A stretch of 64,000 nt of DNA from assembly GCA_041082215.1 (NCBI GenBank), contig JBDOIF010000047.1, positions 1 through 64,000 of the forward strand. The letters run 5' to 3'. Source of the DNA: Anaerolineae bacterium. GTDB lineage: Bacteria; Chloroflexota; Anaerolineae; B4-G1; DUEL01. A model generated the notes under the pieces. That model did not search any database. It was given only the letters and a program-made list of their open reading frames with translations, and was not told the DNA's origin. Positions 9,924 to 19,973 of this stretch are shown here, piece by piece (the first letter of the stretch is position 1; each line of letters begins with the position of its first letter). A program made the position numbers and the translations under genes.

Positions 9924-11030
9924 TCATTTCTCTGAGTGCATTTCCTCAACGTAGGAGCGCAACACCTGAAGAAAAAGCCTGTTCTGCTCCGGCGTTCCGA
10001 CCGTTACCCGCACGAAGCCCTGTTTCATGTGATGGGGAGACATGGGCCGGATGAAGACCTTGCGCTCGATGAGCTCGTCCCGGATTTGCTCAGAGGTTTT
10101 CCCCAGCGAACTGGCGTCAATCAGCACGAAGTTCCCTTCTGAAGGGAATGCGCGCAGGCCGGGTATCTTATTGATCTCCTCACAGAGATACCGCCGGCCT
10201 TCGATGATGGTGCGGCGCTTTTCCTCAAAGCTTGCTTCATCATCCAGCGCTGCCTCCGCGGCGGCCAGTGCGAGGAGGCTCACGTTCCAGGGAATGCGCA
10301 CCCGCATCATATAATCCACCACTCTGGCATCGGCGATGGCGTACCCCACCCGCAGGCCAGCCAGGCCGTAGGCCTTCGAGAAGGTGCGGGAGATAATGAC
10401 ATTCGGATATTCGCGGATGAGATAGGCCAGCGTGCGCGGTTCATCCTCCAGTTCATAGTAGGCTTCGTCTATAACAGTAGGCAGGCCGGCGGTAAGGATG
10501 CGCTGCAGATCGTCCAGTGGGATCTGGACACCGGTTGGGTTGTTGGGGCTGCAAAGGAAGATGAGTTTGGTTCTGGACGTGATGGCCCGGAGGATAGCGT
10601 CCACGTCCCATGAGAAATCCGGGCGCAGAGGTACGATCACCGGCACTGCGCCACGGATTCTCGCTCGCGCCTCATACATGGAGAAGGTGGGGGCCGGGAT
10701 CAGGACCTCTTCCCCCGGAGCTGCGAAGGTAGCGATGAGCATATCAATGATATCTGTGGATCCGTTCCCCAAAATCACGTTTTCCCTGCCAAGGCCGACC
10801 ATTTCGCCCAGTTTTTGCCGCAGGGCCAGCCCCGAATCCGGGTACAAGTTGCCCAACCGGGCGGCCTGCTGGATCGCTTCCAGCACGGCCGGCGACGGAG
10901 GGATAGGGTTCTCGTTGGACATCATACGCAGTACATCCGGGTGTGACCAGGCGAACTCCATGTGCCGGTCACTGTAGGGAGCTGCAGCTTTCACCCAGGG
11001 TACGACATACCTGTCAATGTCAACGGACAT
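9924..11030 (-). CDS. HisC-like PLP-dependent aminotransferase
   Basis: SNENP, GNGS, CSPNNPTG, IDEAY, RTFSKAYGLAGLRVGY and RVTVGT motifs. Confidence 0.9.
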   Translation of the reverse strand: MSVDIDRYVVPWVKAAAPYSDRHMEFAWSHPDVLRMMSNENPIPPSPAVLEAIQQAARLGNLYPDSGLALRQKLGEMVGLGRENVILGNGSTDIIDMLIATFAAPGEEVLIPAPTFSMYEARARIRGAVPVIVPLRPDFSWDVDAILRAITSRTKLIFLCSPNNPTGVQIPLDDLQRILTAGLPTVIDEAYYELEDEPRTLAYLIREYPNVIISRTFSKAYGLAGLRVGYAIADARVVDYMMRVRIPWNVSLLALAAAEAALDDEASFEEKRRTIIEGRRYLCEEINKIPGLRAFPSEGNFVLIDASSLGKTSEQIRDELIERKVFIRPMSPHHMKQGFVRVTVGTPEQNRLFLQVLRSYVEEMHSEK

Positions 11031-11077
11031 GTCTTGAAACCTCCATATCTATACACAGATTTCCAACTCAGGGATGT

Positions 11078-11872
11078 CTATGAGAGGGACCCGCGTCCTA
11101 AAAGCTCTTCGACGTCTTCGTACCATCTGACCTTATCGCCGATAGCGGCGCGCATTTTCCAGCGCAGGGATTTGGGCTGCTGGTCAATATACTCTCGAAT
11201 CTGGCGGATACGCTCGCGCACGATCTGCCGATCTTCGTCCGTCAACTGGTTGTACTGGCCGACAAAGTGTTCCACCAGGTCCAGGTTCTGCGTCAATGTG
11301 CGCCACCATCCCCAGTCGTTGGAGGTGAGTCCACCGATGATGTCCAGGTTGATGGTCTCCTGGTCGCTATGGCCGACAGGATGTTCCCGTAAGAGCATAA
11401 CCGTATCAATAATGTCTTTTTCATTGATTCTGACGATTTGCATCTTTTCCAGGAATAGCTCGGCCAGGGGGAGGGTGGGTGAGTCGGCTTCCAGCCGGCC
11501 GGTCAGCGGGATGGTATGGCAGAATCTCATCTGATCGAGGAAGACATCAATATGACGGCCATACACCGGGTCATGGAAGAGCAACCGTTGTTCCCCGAAT
11601 AGCTGGGTAACCGTCCTGTCCTCCCGGTATCCCAGCTCTGTCAGGAGTCGGACGATGTCTTTAAAGAATTTGCGGTAGGAAGCAAAATCGATGTCGGTGA
11701 ATTGCCGGCCCAGCCGGTCCTGAATGTATCCGAACTGGGGACAGTGGGTGCGGAAAGCCAGCGCGCCTACCAGGCGCAGGATAATATGGGCATTCTCTGT
11801 ATCCTGAAGGGCATTCAGGATACGGGTGCGCTCTGCGTAGAAATCCTCCTGGATTTCACCGTACTTACTCAT
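11078..11872 (-). CDS. Uncharacterised protein with a Pol-beta-type nucleotidyltransferase signature
   Basis: LRLVGALA...RQFTDIDF (G-x-x-A...DxD) and a later HIDVF; start at ATG 11872 after an SD. Confidence 0.65.
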   Translation of the reverse strand: MSKYGEIQEDFYAERTRILNALQDTENAHIILRLVGALAFRTHCPQFGYIQDRLGRQFTDIDFASYRKFFKDIVRLLTELGYREDRTVTQLFGEQRLLFHDPVYGRHIDVFLDQMRFCHTIPLTGRLEADSPTLPLAELFLEKMQIVRINEKDIIDTVMLLREHPVGHSDQETINLDIIGGLTSNDWGWWRTLTQNLDLVEHFVGQYNQLTDEDRQIVRERIRQIREYIDQQPKSLRWKMRAAIGDKVRWYEDVEELLGRGSLS

Positions 11873-11910
11873 TCGTGCCTCTCCTAACAACAGAAGGGTC
11901 TATCCATGCC

Positions 11911-12897
11911 TCAACCGGATATGAGCATATGGCCCTTCACTCGCTCTGGCTCGAGATTAATGATGGCAGCCTTCATAATACCCTCGGCGTATTCGCTGCC
12001 GGGGTTAATGGCAAGCGTGCGCCCAATTCGTACGTGACCGGCCGCCTCGTGGATATGTCCGTGAAGGGTCAGCATAGGCTGTACCCGTTCGATGAACCTG
12101 CGAACCGAGATGCTGCCGACCGGTTTCATGAGCACCTGCCCGCCCATGGTCTTGATTTTCAAATTTTCGTCTAACTCAGGGCATACGTCAATCTGAGAGT
12201 TGTAGGGTGGGACGTGGATGGCCAGCACCGCCCGTTCGGGGTATTGAAGTTGCCCGGCCAGCTCCTCCAGCCGTCCTGCCAGGACCTCCTCCCCTACATC
12301 TCGGGCGCATTTCCAGGGGGTCATATTCGCGTTGGATATGCCAGCAAACTCGTGGTATTCGTCCAGCCATAACACCCGACCATCCGGGTTGTGTACATGC
12401 TGAAATTCTGCAATCACGGAGTCAATGACATAGGGATCATCGTTACCGGGCATGAAATACAGGGCGATACCCTTCGTGGCCAATTTTTCTTCATATTCCG
12501 TCAGCCATTCCCGTATGCGAGCTATCATTTCCTGTTCAAAACGTTGTGCCATTCTGTCGGGATGGGCCTCCAGGTCCTCCGCCTCGTCCTGTTCAAGGAC
12601 GATGGGGTAAAATCCCACAGTGCTGATGCGCTGCTTGAACCGTTCCAGTTCCTCAGGGGTTGAAGGTTCCTCCTTCACGTTGAAGAGATACCCTTCATAG
12701 CGTCCTTTGCCCTGATGGATAATCGGAATCATGGCTTTACCGGTGACATCGCCACCGACGACGATGATGCCAGCCTGGTATTGTATCGCAGCGCTCATCA
12801 GCTTGCGGAAGAAGGCGTTAGAGCCGTGAAGGTCTGAGGCGAACAGGAGGCGGGTGACCCTTTTATCTCCACCGGATGGCTTGAGCCACTTCATCAT
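11911..12897 (-). CDS. Icc-like metallophosphoesterase
   Basis: SDLHGS, GGDVTG, PGNDD, HxPP, HGHIHE and INPGS metal-binding motifs. Confidence 0.9.
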   Translation of the reverse strand: MMKWLKPSGGDKRVTRLLFASDLHGSNAFFRKLMSAAIQYQAGIIVVGGDVTGKAMIPIIHQGKGRYEGYLFNVKEEPSTPEELERFKQRISTVGFYPIVLEQDEAEDLEAHPDRMAQRFEQEMIARIREWLTEYEEKLATKGIALYFMPGNDDPYVIDSVIAEFQHVHNPDGRVLWLDEYHEFAGISNANMTPWKCARDVGEEVLAGRLEELAGQLQYPERAVLAIHVPPYNSQIDVCPELDENLKIKTMGGQVLMKPVGSISVRRFIERVQPMLTLHGHIHEAAGHVRIGRTLAINPGSEYAEGIMKAAIINLEPERVKGHMLISG

Positions 12898-13022
12898 TGC
12901 GTATTTCTCCTTTTTGCCGGGATAACGTAATGCTGAAAGCTAAACAGTGCTGCTCGTCGGGAAAGCGGTGCGGGGGATGCCAGCGGGACATCCCCCGCAC
13001 CCACGACCAGCTCATACCCCCG

Positions 13023-14639
13023 TCATAGCGGCGGGACCGACTGATACGTCCAGAGGATGTCGATGCCCTCTTTGCGCAGGCGGTACCAGCGGGCGACAAA
13101 GAAGACCAGGATGCCGCTCAGGAAGAGGCCGAACAGCGTCAGCAGGGTGCCAGGGCCGATACGGCCTCCCACCGCCGGGAACAGGAACGAGGCCACGATC
13201 ATCCACAGCAGGTAAGCGAGGGTGATCCCGCCGATGATGGTGATGACCGGCACTTTCCCAATTCGCAGCTTGACCAGCCGTGGCGCAACCTCGAACAGGT
13301 CTGGCTTCAGGAACGGGAACAGGGTCATCGCCAGGACCGGGATCAGTTGCGTACAGACTGCGAAGAACACGAAGTTGAGCTGGGCGCCCATCACGCCGCC
13401 GGTGGCCGCGTCAATGACGCCGAGCTCGGCCAGGAGGGTGATGATGATGATAGCCACCACCGGACTGTGCAGCTTGGGATGGATGGAGCAGACCGCCTCC
13501 GGGATCAGACGGTCAAACGACCAGGCAAAGACGATGCGGCTGCAATAGAAGAAGTAGGTCTGGGCCAGGTTGATCAGGGTGTAAAGCCAGGCGATGGCCA
13601 CGATGAGCACCAGCAGGAAGCTGGGTTTCAGGATAGCGGCGTAGAAGGTGATCCAGGGCATGGTCATGCCCTCATAGCCAGCCTGGCTGAGGTAGCTTTC
13701 GGCTGCGATCCATTCTAGCGGGACATGGCGCTGGAGCAGGATGGCGCCGAGGACGAAGATGGCCCAGGTCACGATGAGGGAAGCCCAGCTACCGATGAGC
13801 AGGGTGCGCTCCGTCTGCTTGACCTCGCCGGCGAAGAAGGTGGGGATGTAGTAGCCGTAGAAGATCCAGAAGCCCATAATCAATCCCGCCAGCGTCATGA
13901 CCGCGGGGCTGTATTCAAACTTCATGCCATACTGCTGGGCAAGGGCGATGCGTCCTTCGTAGCTCCCCGCACCCATAAAGTGATCCCAGGCGGCCGGGAA
14001 GGAGCCCACCGGGGCGCTGACGAGCTGGTAGTACAGGATCACCCAGGCCAGCAGGCCCAGGAAGAAGCCCACTTCCAGCACGCGCACAATGGTGCGGGTG
14101 GGGAGGATCATCAGCACGAATGTGATGGCGGTGCAGATGGTCCCGACGACAATGATCCCCGTGGTGCTCGCAGACCACTCGGCGATTCGCAGGAAGGATT
14201 CGTTGTTGAAGACGATGCCCATGGTCTGGAGGAAGGTGGGGATGACGCTGGAAGGGATCCAGGCGATGAGGGAGCCGGCGACCATGCCGCTGAAGATCAC
14301 CAGCGTCCAGCTTGCGGCGAAAGCCAGGGGCGGGTTGAGGACGCGGCTGGCCAGGGTGTAGTCTGCGCCCGAGCGCGGCATAGCGGCACCGACATTGGCG
14401 TAGGTGTACGCATGGAACAGGCACAGGATCATCGCCACGGTGAGCACACCTATGATGCTGCTGCCAGGCCAGACGCCGGCCACCCATGAATACGGAATCA
14501 GCCCGGAGGAGGAAAGGCTGATGCAGTGGACGCCGAACACCATGGCGCCGAAGACTCCGATGGTACGGATCAACCCCGAGCTCTTACGGGCGTAGAGCTT
14601 CCGATCGCTCACGCCGGCGGTGACATCAACTCCTGCCAT
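13023..14639 (-). CDS. APC-superfamily permease
   Basis: About 12-13 TM segments; ARKSSGLIR, AMPRSGADY, FFAGEVK and SRIVFAWSFDR motifs. Confidence 0.9.
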   Translation of the reverse strand: MAGVDVTAGVSDRKLYARKSSGLIRTIGVFGAMVFGVHCISLSSSGLIPYSWVAGVWPGSSIIGVLTVAMILCLFHAYTYANVGAAMPRSGADYTLASRVLNPPLAFAASWTLVIFSGMVAGSLIAWIPSSVIPTFLQTMGIVFNNESFLRIAEWSASTTGIIVVGTICTAITFVLMILPTRTIVRVLEVGFFLGLLAWVILYYQLVSAPVGSFPAAWDHFMGAGSYEGRIALAQQYGMKFEYSPAVMTLAGLIMGFWIFYGYYIPTFFAGEVKQTERTLLIGSWASLIVTWAIFVLGAILLQRHVPLEWIAAESYLSQAGYEGMTMPWITFYAAILKPSFLLVLIVAIAWLYTLINLAQTYFFYCSRIVFAWSFDRLIPEAVCSIHPKLHSPVVAIIIITLLAELGVIDAATGGVMGAQLNFVFFAVCTQLIPVLAMTLFPFLKPDLFEVAPRLVKLRIGKVPVITIIGGITLAYLLWMIVASFLFPAVGGRIGPGTLLTLFGLFLSGILVFFVARWYRLRKEGIDILWTYQSVPPL

Positions 14640-14740
14640 TTTTTACCCTCCTTCAGTTGATGCTCTGGATACGGAGTCGTCAATCTTATACCATCGTTGT
14701 CAGTGGTTGGATCGCTACACACCACCTCCTTCCCGAACCG

Positions 14741-15466
14741 CTACAGGTCGAATTCTGCCTGAATCCGGACGTAGTCGCCCCGCACCAGGTCACGACTATA
14801 TTGGATGGGCATTTCCTTTTCGTGGTACATGATCCGCGTGATACGCAGTAAAGGGGCGCCCGGTTCGATGCGAAGTTGTCGCGCGACTTCGTCCCGCGCG
14901 ATGTCTGCCTCCACCGTCTGCGCAATATGGGTGATGGGTAGATGGTAGCGTTGCACCAGCAGGTCGTAAATCGAAACCCTTTCCAGGTCGTATTCTTCCA
15001 GGTCCGGACAGTACCGGCATGGCACATAGGAGCTTTCGACTACCGCAGGGGTTCGGTTCGCCAGGTGAAGCTTCACTACTCGATAGAGCAGGTGACCGAT
15101 GTCAATGCGGAAAATTTCTGCAAGACGCTTGCTTGCCGGCACCTGGCTGAATTCCAGCAACTGAGAGGTATAGGCCAGCCCGCGCCGACGCATGGATTCC
15201 GCATGGTCAATCAGTTCGCGGGCATCATAAAGAACTTTGGGTTTCGCTACATAAGTGCCAGAACCATGCCGCCGTTCCAGCAAACCGTCGTTCACCAGTT
15301 CCGTGATCGCCCGACGAACAGTCATGCGGCTTACCCCTAACTCCTCGCTCAGATCGCGCTCCGAGGGCAATTTCGAGTCGGGAGCCACACGACCGGAGAA
15401 GATCAGCTCGGCCAGGTATTCCTGAATCTGCAGATACAGCGGCTTGTACAGCTCGTTGCTGCTCAT
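14741..15466 (-). CDS. GntR (HutC/UTRA) transcriptional regulator
   Basis: PLYLQI, LPSERDL, VSRMTVRRAI and GSGTYV motifs; C-terminal UTRA-like domain. Confidence 0.93.
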   Translation of the reverse strand: MSSNELYKPLYLQIQEYLAELIFSGRVAPDSKLPSERDLSEELGVSRMTVRRAITELVNDGLLERRHGSGTYVAKPKVLYDARELIDHAESMRRRGLAYTSQLLEFSQVPASKRLAEIFRIDIGHLLYRVVKLHLANRTPAVVESSYVPCRYCPDLEEYDLERVSIYDLLVQRYHLPITHIAQTVEADIARDEVARQLRIEPGAPLLRITRIMYHEKEMPIQYSRDLVRGDYVRIQAEFDL

Positions 15467-15523
15467 GTGCGGAAATGCAGACCCTGTGTCGTTCCGCGTC
15501 TCTTTTGGCCCGCCCTTAGGAGA

Positions 15524-15593
15524 AGTGGTAAGTGATATAGTGGTATAAGCGTATACACTCTAACATTATAGTAAAAGTTGGGATAAAAGTCAA
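15524..15593 (-). promoter_or_regulatory. Promoter of the GntR operon with candidate operator repeats
   Basis: Minus-strand TTGACT, 17 bp spacer, TATAAT (15593-15565); AGTGGTA(TA) repeats just downstream. Confidence 0.65.
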
Positions 15594-15782
15594 GTTTTCA
15601 CCAGAAAGGGCCGAATGTCGCCATATTATGTCAAAACAGAGGGTGTAAAACGCGGTGGAAACCGCGAAGTCCGCTCCATATCGGCTTATAAAGTATACCA
15701 CTTTTGAATGGCCTGTCAACCGGTTCGGCCCGTGCTATCTTGAGGTTTCGAAGGATTCCGGTATAATGTGTCCGGGGGAAGG

Positions 15783-16292
15783 ATGAGAATGGCGCGAAAG
15801 GGATATGGCGCAGTGATCGACAGATTGCGCGCCAGATGGCAGGGGTATCGGCGGCAACGCGCCGTGGAGAGACTGAACGAGTGGTACTCCCTCTCCTGTC
15901 AAATCTGGAAAATGTGCGGGGAGGCGCTCCAGAATGAGCGGGTGGGACAGCAGGGGCCGGGGGTGATCCTGGATCAGATTGACCGCGCTCTCTTTCGACT
16001 GAGCAGTCAGCCTCCCCCGGTGGACGCTTTCCTTCGCCGACGGTTTCCCCAACTGGCCCAACGGGTGAACTCCGCCAACGAGAATGTTTACCACCTGCGT
16101 AATTATACCGCCCTCTTCCTTATCCACTGTCAGGGCCCCACGCCAGCGGAATCCACACCCTCGGAGGCGGAGTGTCTCCTCTATTACCAGCGTGCGATGG
16201 ACAGGCAGGGCGTGAAAGCCCTGGCGCTGTGGCGCGAGCTGGAAGGCCAGTTCGCGCTCATCCAGGAGGAAATGCGTCGGTTGGAGTTCTAG
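15783..16292 (+). CDS. Hypothetical helical protein
   Basis: ORF following a TATAAT at 15762 and co-directional with the glyA-gcvT fusion; no motif recognised. Confidence 0.6.
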   Translation: MRMARKGYGAVIDRLRARWQGYRRQRAVERLNEWYSLSCQIWKMCGEALQNERVGQQGPGVILDQIDRALFRLSSQPPPVDAFLRRRFPQLAQRVNSANENVYHLRNYTALFLIHCQGPTPAESTPSEAECLLYYQRAMDRQGVKALALWRELEGQFALIQEEMRRLEF

Positions 16293-16346
16293 AGCTGGAT
16301 GAACTGCCCCTCTCTGGCGCTGGAATACCCCTGGGGGAGGCATAAG

Positions 16347-19300
16347 ATGGACGATTTTCTGTTCCGTGGAGAGCTGGAATCGCTGGACCCGGCGGTGGCT
16401 CGCCTGATCGAACTGGAAGCGGAGCGACAGGCCCGCAAGTTGATCATGATCCCTTCCGAAAGCTATACCCCCCGCGCCGTCCGTGAGGCGCTCGGCTCCG
16501 TCTTCACCAACATCTATGCCGAGGGATACCCTCTCCCTGAGACCCGCTGGATGACCGAGGAGCAGATCCTGGATTACGAGGCCCAGATGGCCTTCTACAG
16601 GCGGTACGGCGACCTGCGCTACTATATGGGCGTTGAGTACGCCGACGTGGCCGAGGCGCTGGCCCGACGACGGTGTGCCGAGGCGTTCGCCACCGACGGT
16701 ATCCCTGCCGATCGCATCTACGTCAACGTGCAGCCGCTCTCCGGCGCACCCGCCAACACCGCTGTCTACGAAGCGCTCCTCAAACCGGGGGATACGATCC
16801 TGGGGATGGACCTGACCCACGGCGGCCACCTCACCCACGGCAGCCCGGCCAACGTCTCCGGCCAGCGGTACAACGCCGTCTTCTACCGGGTGGACCCCCG
16901 CACCGAACTCCTCGACTACGACCAGATCGAAGAGCTGGCGCTGGAGCATCGGCCTAAGGTCATCATCGCCGGCTACACCTCCTACCCCCGCGTCCCCAAC
17001 TGGGCCAAGTTCCGCCAGATCGCCGACCGGGTGGGGGCCTACCTCCTGGCCGATATCGCCCACGTGGCCGGGATGGTCATCGCCGGGGCCTATCCCACCC
17101 CGCTGGGGTATGCCCACGTGGTCACCTTCACCACCCACAAGACCCTCTGTGGGCCGCGCGGGGCCTGCATCCTCACCACCGACCCCCTCATCGCCCGCCG
17201 CATTGACCACGCTGTCTTCCCCGGCCTCCAGGGGGGACCCCACGTCAATAAATTCGTAGCGATGGCGGTGGCCTTCCGGCTGGCCCGCACCGAGCCCTTC
17301 CGCGCCCTCCAGCACCAGATCGTCGCCAACGCCAGGGCGCTGGCCCGTGCCCTCCAGGAGGAGGGGATGCGCATCCCCCACGGCGGCACCGACACCCACC
17401 TCCTGCTGGTGGATTGCAAGACAGTGGTCGGCCCCTTCGGCGAGCCGCTCCTGGGGGATACCGCCGCCCGCGTCCTGGACCACGTCGGCATCGTCTGTAA
17501 CCGCAACACCATTCCCGGCGATCCCACCCCGGCGCTGGCCAGCGGCATCCGCCTGGGCACCCCCTGGGTCACCCAGCGGGGCTTCCGGGAACCCCAGATG
17601 CAGGAGCTGGCCCACCTGATCGCCCACACCCTCAAGGCGATCCGCCCCTACACCTATCCGGGCCTGGGGGGGCCGGTCTACCGGGGCAAGGTGGACTTCG
17701 ACGCCCTGGAGGAGGCGAGGCTTGCGGTGGCGGAGCTAGCTTCCCGTGCAGGGGTGGATTACGAGGTCCGCTGTACCGGCTACCCCCACCACTGCCTGAT
17801 CACCGACACCCGGCCGCCGGAAGGGGATTGGGGGCTGATCGAGGTGGAGGGGAATGCGGCGGCCTCCTTCCTGGACCAGGTGCTGGTGGAGCCGGTGGGG
17901 GACCTGGAGCCGGATACGCCCCGTGCGGTGACGCTGCTGGAGGCGGATGGGCGGGTGATGGCGCAGGGGTTCCTCTTCCGGCCGGGCTTTGGCCATCAAC
18001 GCTACCGGCTGGCGGTCCCCGCCGACCGGGTGCAGCGGGTGCTGGCCTGGCTGCGCGATCTCTCCGACGGCTACGTCCTCTTCGACCCGGCCGACCTCCA
18101 GGCCAAGCTCCCGGGTCCGGTGGTGGTGCGCAACCTGGGGGCCACATCCCTTCAGGCTGGGGCGCAATCCACCGGCACCCCTTCGCTTTCCTGCAAACCC
18201 TACTACATCGGCCTCTCGGCCCATCGGGAGGGGGAGCCTCGTGGCGAGCCGCTGCCGTCCTTTACGTGGGAGCCGCAGGAGCGGCCGCTGCGCCGGACTC
18301 CCCTCTACGAGGTTCACCGGCGGCTGGGGGCGCAGATGGTCGAGTTCGGCGGATGGGAGATGCCCCTCCGCTACGGCCCGGTACTGGACGAGCACCGGGC
18401 GGTGCGGGGGGCGGCGGGGCTGTTCGACGTGGGGCATATGGGCATCTTCGAGGTCTCCGGCCCCTTTGCCGCCCCTTTCCTGGACCTGGTGACCACCAAC
18501 GACGTCAACCGGCTCCACCCGGGCCAATCCCACTACGGCTTCCTGCTCGATCCCGACGGGCGGGTGATAGACGACCTGCTGATCTACATGCGGGGGCCGG
18601 GCCGGTACATGCTGGTGGTCAACGCTGCCAACACGGAGAAGGACTGGGCGTGGCTCAACGCGGTGAACGAGGGCGCCGTTTGCATTGACCGGGGGCGACC
18701 GTGGGTGCGGCCCTCTTTCCGGGCCGAGCTGGTGGACCTGCGGGCGGAGGATCAGGAGCACAACTGGCGGGTGGACCTGGCGCTGCAGGGGCCGCGGTCG
18801 CGGGATATCCTCCTGGCCTGGCTGGCGGCCAGTCCGCAGGGGCCGGCCGCCGAAGAGATCCGGGGGCGGCTGTTGGGGATGCGGCGGACGGAGTTGATCG
18901 AAGTGGAGTGGCCCTGGCCCCAGGCCCCCGGCGGCGTCTTCGACCTGATCATCGCCCGCACCGGCTATACCGGCGAGCGGATGGGGTTTGAGATCTTTGT
19001 CCATCCGGACTGGGCGGAGTTGCTCTGGGGTCTGCTTCTGGAGCACGGGGCGGCCTTCGGGCTGCGGCCGGTGGGGCTGGCGGCGCGGGATTCGCTGCGC
19101 ATCGAGGCGGGGCTGCCCCTCTGGGGCCATGAGCTGGCCGGCCCGCTGGACCTGCGGCCCGACGATGCGGGGCTGGAGGGGTATGTGAAGTTGTACAAGC
19201 CCTTCTTCGTGGGGCGGGAGCCGTTCCGGGAGCACGCGGCAGGGCGGAAGATGGAGGTGATCCGCTTCCGGTTGGCCGAGCGGAACGTGCCGATGCCCGA

Positions 19301-19553
19301 TCCGGGGGATCGGGTGGTGGACCGGCGGGGGCGGGTGATCGGGCAGGTGACCTCGTGCGCGCAGGATACGGAGGGGTATCTGCTGGGGATGGCCGTTGTG
19401 GACCGGCGGTTTGCCGAACCAGGGACGGAGGTCCACCTCCTCTCAACCGCCCGCAAGCCTACCGGGAAGCCGCTGGAGGAACTGGAGGTGGGGGACCGGG
19501 TCCCGCTGGCGACGGAGGGGACGGTGCTGGAGCGGTTCCCGCGGCGGATGTAG
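16347..19553 (+). CDS. glyA-gcvT: Serine hydroxymethyltransferase - GcvT aminomethyltransferase fusion protein
   Basis: N-terminal [32 protein letters not shown] and SGIRLGTP; C-terminal [21 protein letters not shown] and [10 protein letters not shown]; one uninterrupted frame. Confidence 0.93.
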   Translation: MDDFLFRGELESLDPAVARLIELEAERQARKLIMIPSESYTPRAVREALGSVFTNIYAEGYPLPETRWMTEEQILDYEAQMAFYRRYGDLRYYMGVEYADVAEALARRRCAEAFATDGIPADRIYVNVQPLSGAPANTAVYEALLKPGDTILGMDLTHGGHLTHGSPANVSGQRYNAVFYRVDPRTELLDYDQIEELALEHRPKVIIAGYTSYPRVPNWAKFRQIADRVGAYLLADIAHVAGMVIAGAYPTPLGYAHVVTFTTHKTLCGPRGACILTTDPLIARRIDHAVFPGLQGGPHVNKFVAMAVAFRLARTEPFRALQHQIVANARALARALQEEGMRIPHGGTDTHLLLVDCKTVVGPFGEPLLGDTAARVLDHVGIVCNRNTIPGDPTPALASGIRLGTPWVTQRGFREPQMQELAHLIAHTLKAIRPYTYPGLGGPVYRGKVDFDALEEARLAVAELASRAGVDYEVRCTGYPHHCLITDTRPPEGDWGLIEVEGNAAASFLDQVLVEPVGDLEPDTPRAVTLLEADGRVMAQGFLFRPGFGHQRYRLAVPADRVQRVLAWLRDLSDGYVLFDPADLQAKLPGPVVVRNLGATSLQAGAQSTGTPSLSCKPYYIGLSAHREGEPRGEPLPSFTWEPQERPLRRTPLYEVHRRLGAQMVEFGGWEMPLRYGPVLDEHRAVRGAAGLFDVGHMGIFEVSGPFAAPFLDLVTTNDVNRLHPGQSHYGFLLDPDGRVIDDLLIYMRGPGRYMLVVNAANTEKDWAWLNAVNEGAVCIDRGRPWVRPSFRAELVDLRAEDQEHNWRVDLALQGPRSRDILLAWLAASPQGPAAEEIRGRLLGMRRTELIEVEWPWPQAPGGVFDLIIARTGYTGERMGFEIFVHPDWAELLWGLLLEHGAAFGLRPVGLAARDSLRIEAGLPLWGHELAGPLDLRPDDAGLEGYVKLYKPFFVGREPFREHAAGRKMEVIRFRLAERNVPMPDPGDRVVDRRGRVIGQVTSCAQDTEGYLLGMAVVDRRFAEPGTEVHLLSTARKPTGKPLEELEVGDRVPLATEGTVLERFPRRM

Positions 19554-19576
19554 CGCAAGATTCGCTCTTGTGCTAC
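19550..19576. repeat. GTAG-type REP-like palindrome
   Basis: GTAGCGCAAGA-TTCGC-TCTTGTGCTAC, overlapping the TAG stop of glyA-gcvT. Confidence 0.65.
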
Positions 19577-19661
19577 GGGCTTCGAAGACCCTGCCCGAAG
19601 GCTGCACTTGTTTCCCACGGGCGGCACAGTATAATGTGGGTGCGGGTGATAGGAGGGTGGG

Positions 19662-19973
19662 GTGAGAGAAAGCGTGCTGGATGAGATCATCGAGCGTATC
19701 GTTGAAGTGGCGCAACCGGAGCAGATCATCCTCTTCGGTTCGGCGGCGCGGGGAGAAATGGGGCCGGATAGTGACGTGGACCTGCTGGTGGTCAAATCGG
19801 ATGTGGCCCACCGGGGACGCCTGATGGAAGAGATCTACATGAATCTCTTCGGTGTGGGTCAGGCGGTGGACGTGATCGTGGTGACTCCTGAGGACATCGA
19901 ACGATACAGGGATTCCATCGCTTCGGTCATTCGGCCTGCCTTACGAGAGGGGAGGGTGGTGTATGCCCGATGA
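19662..19973 (+). CDS. Minimal nucleotidyltransferase (MNT) antitoxin-type protein
   Basis: ILFGSAARGEMGPDSDVDLLVV (GSx10DxD). Confidence 0.9.
   Translation: MRESVLDEIIERIVEVAQPEQIILFGSAARGEMGPDSDVDLLVVKSDVAHRGRLMEEIYMNLFGVGQAVDVIVVTPEDIERYRDSIASVIRPALREGRVVYAR

Noticed and set aside
8265..15766. Integrase-mediated genomic island with att repeats
   Set aside because: No integrase, and no duplicated tRNA 3' end at the far boundary; only composition and location hint at acquisition
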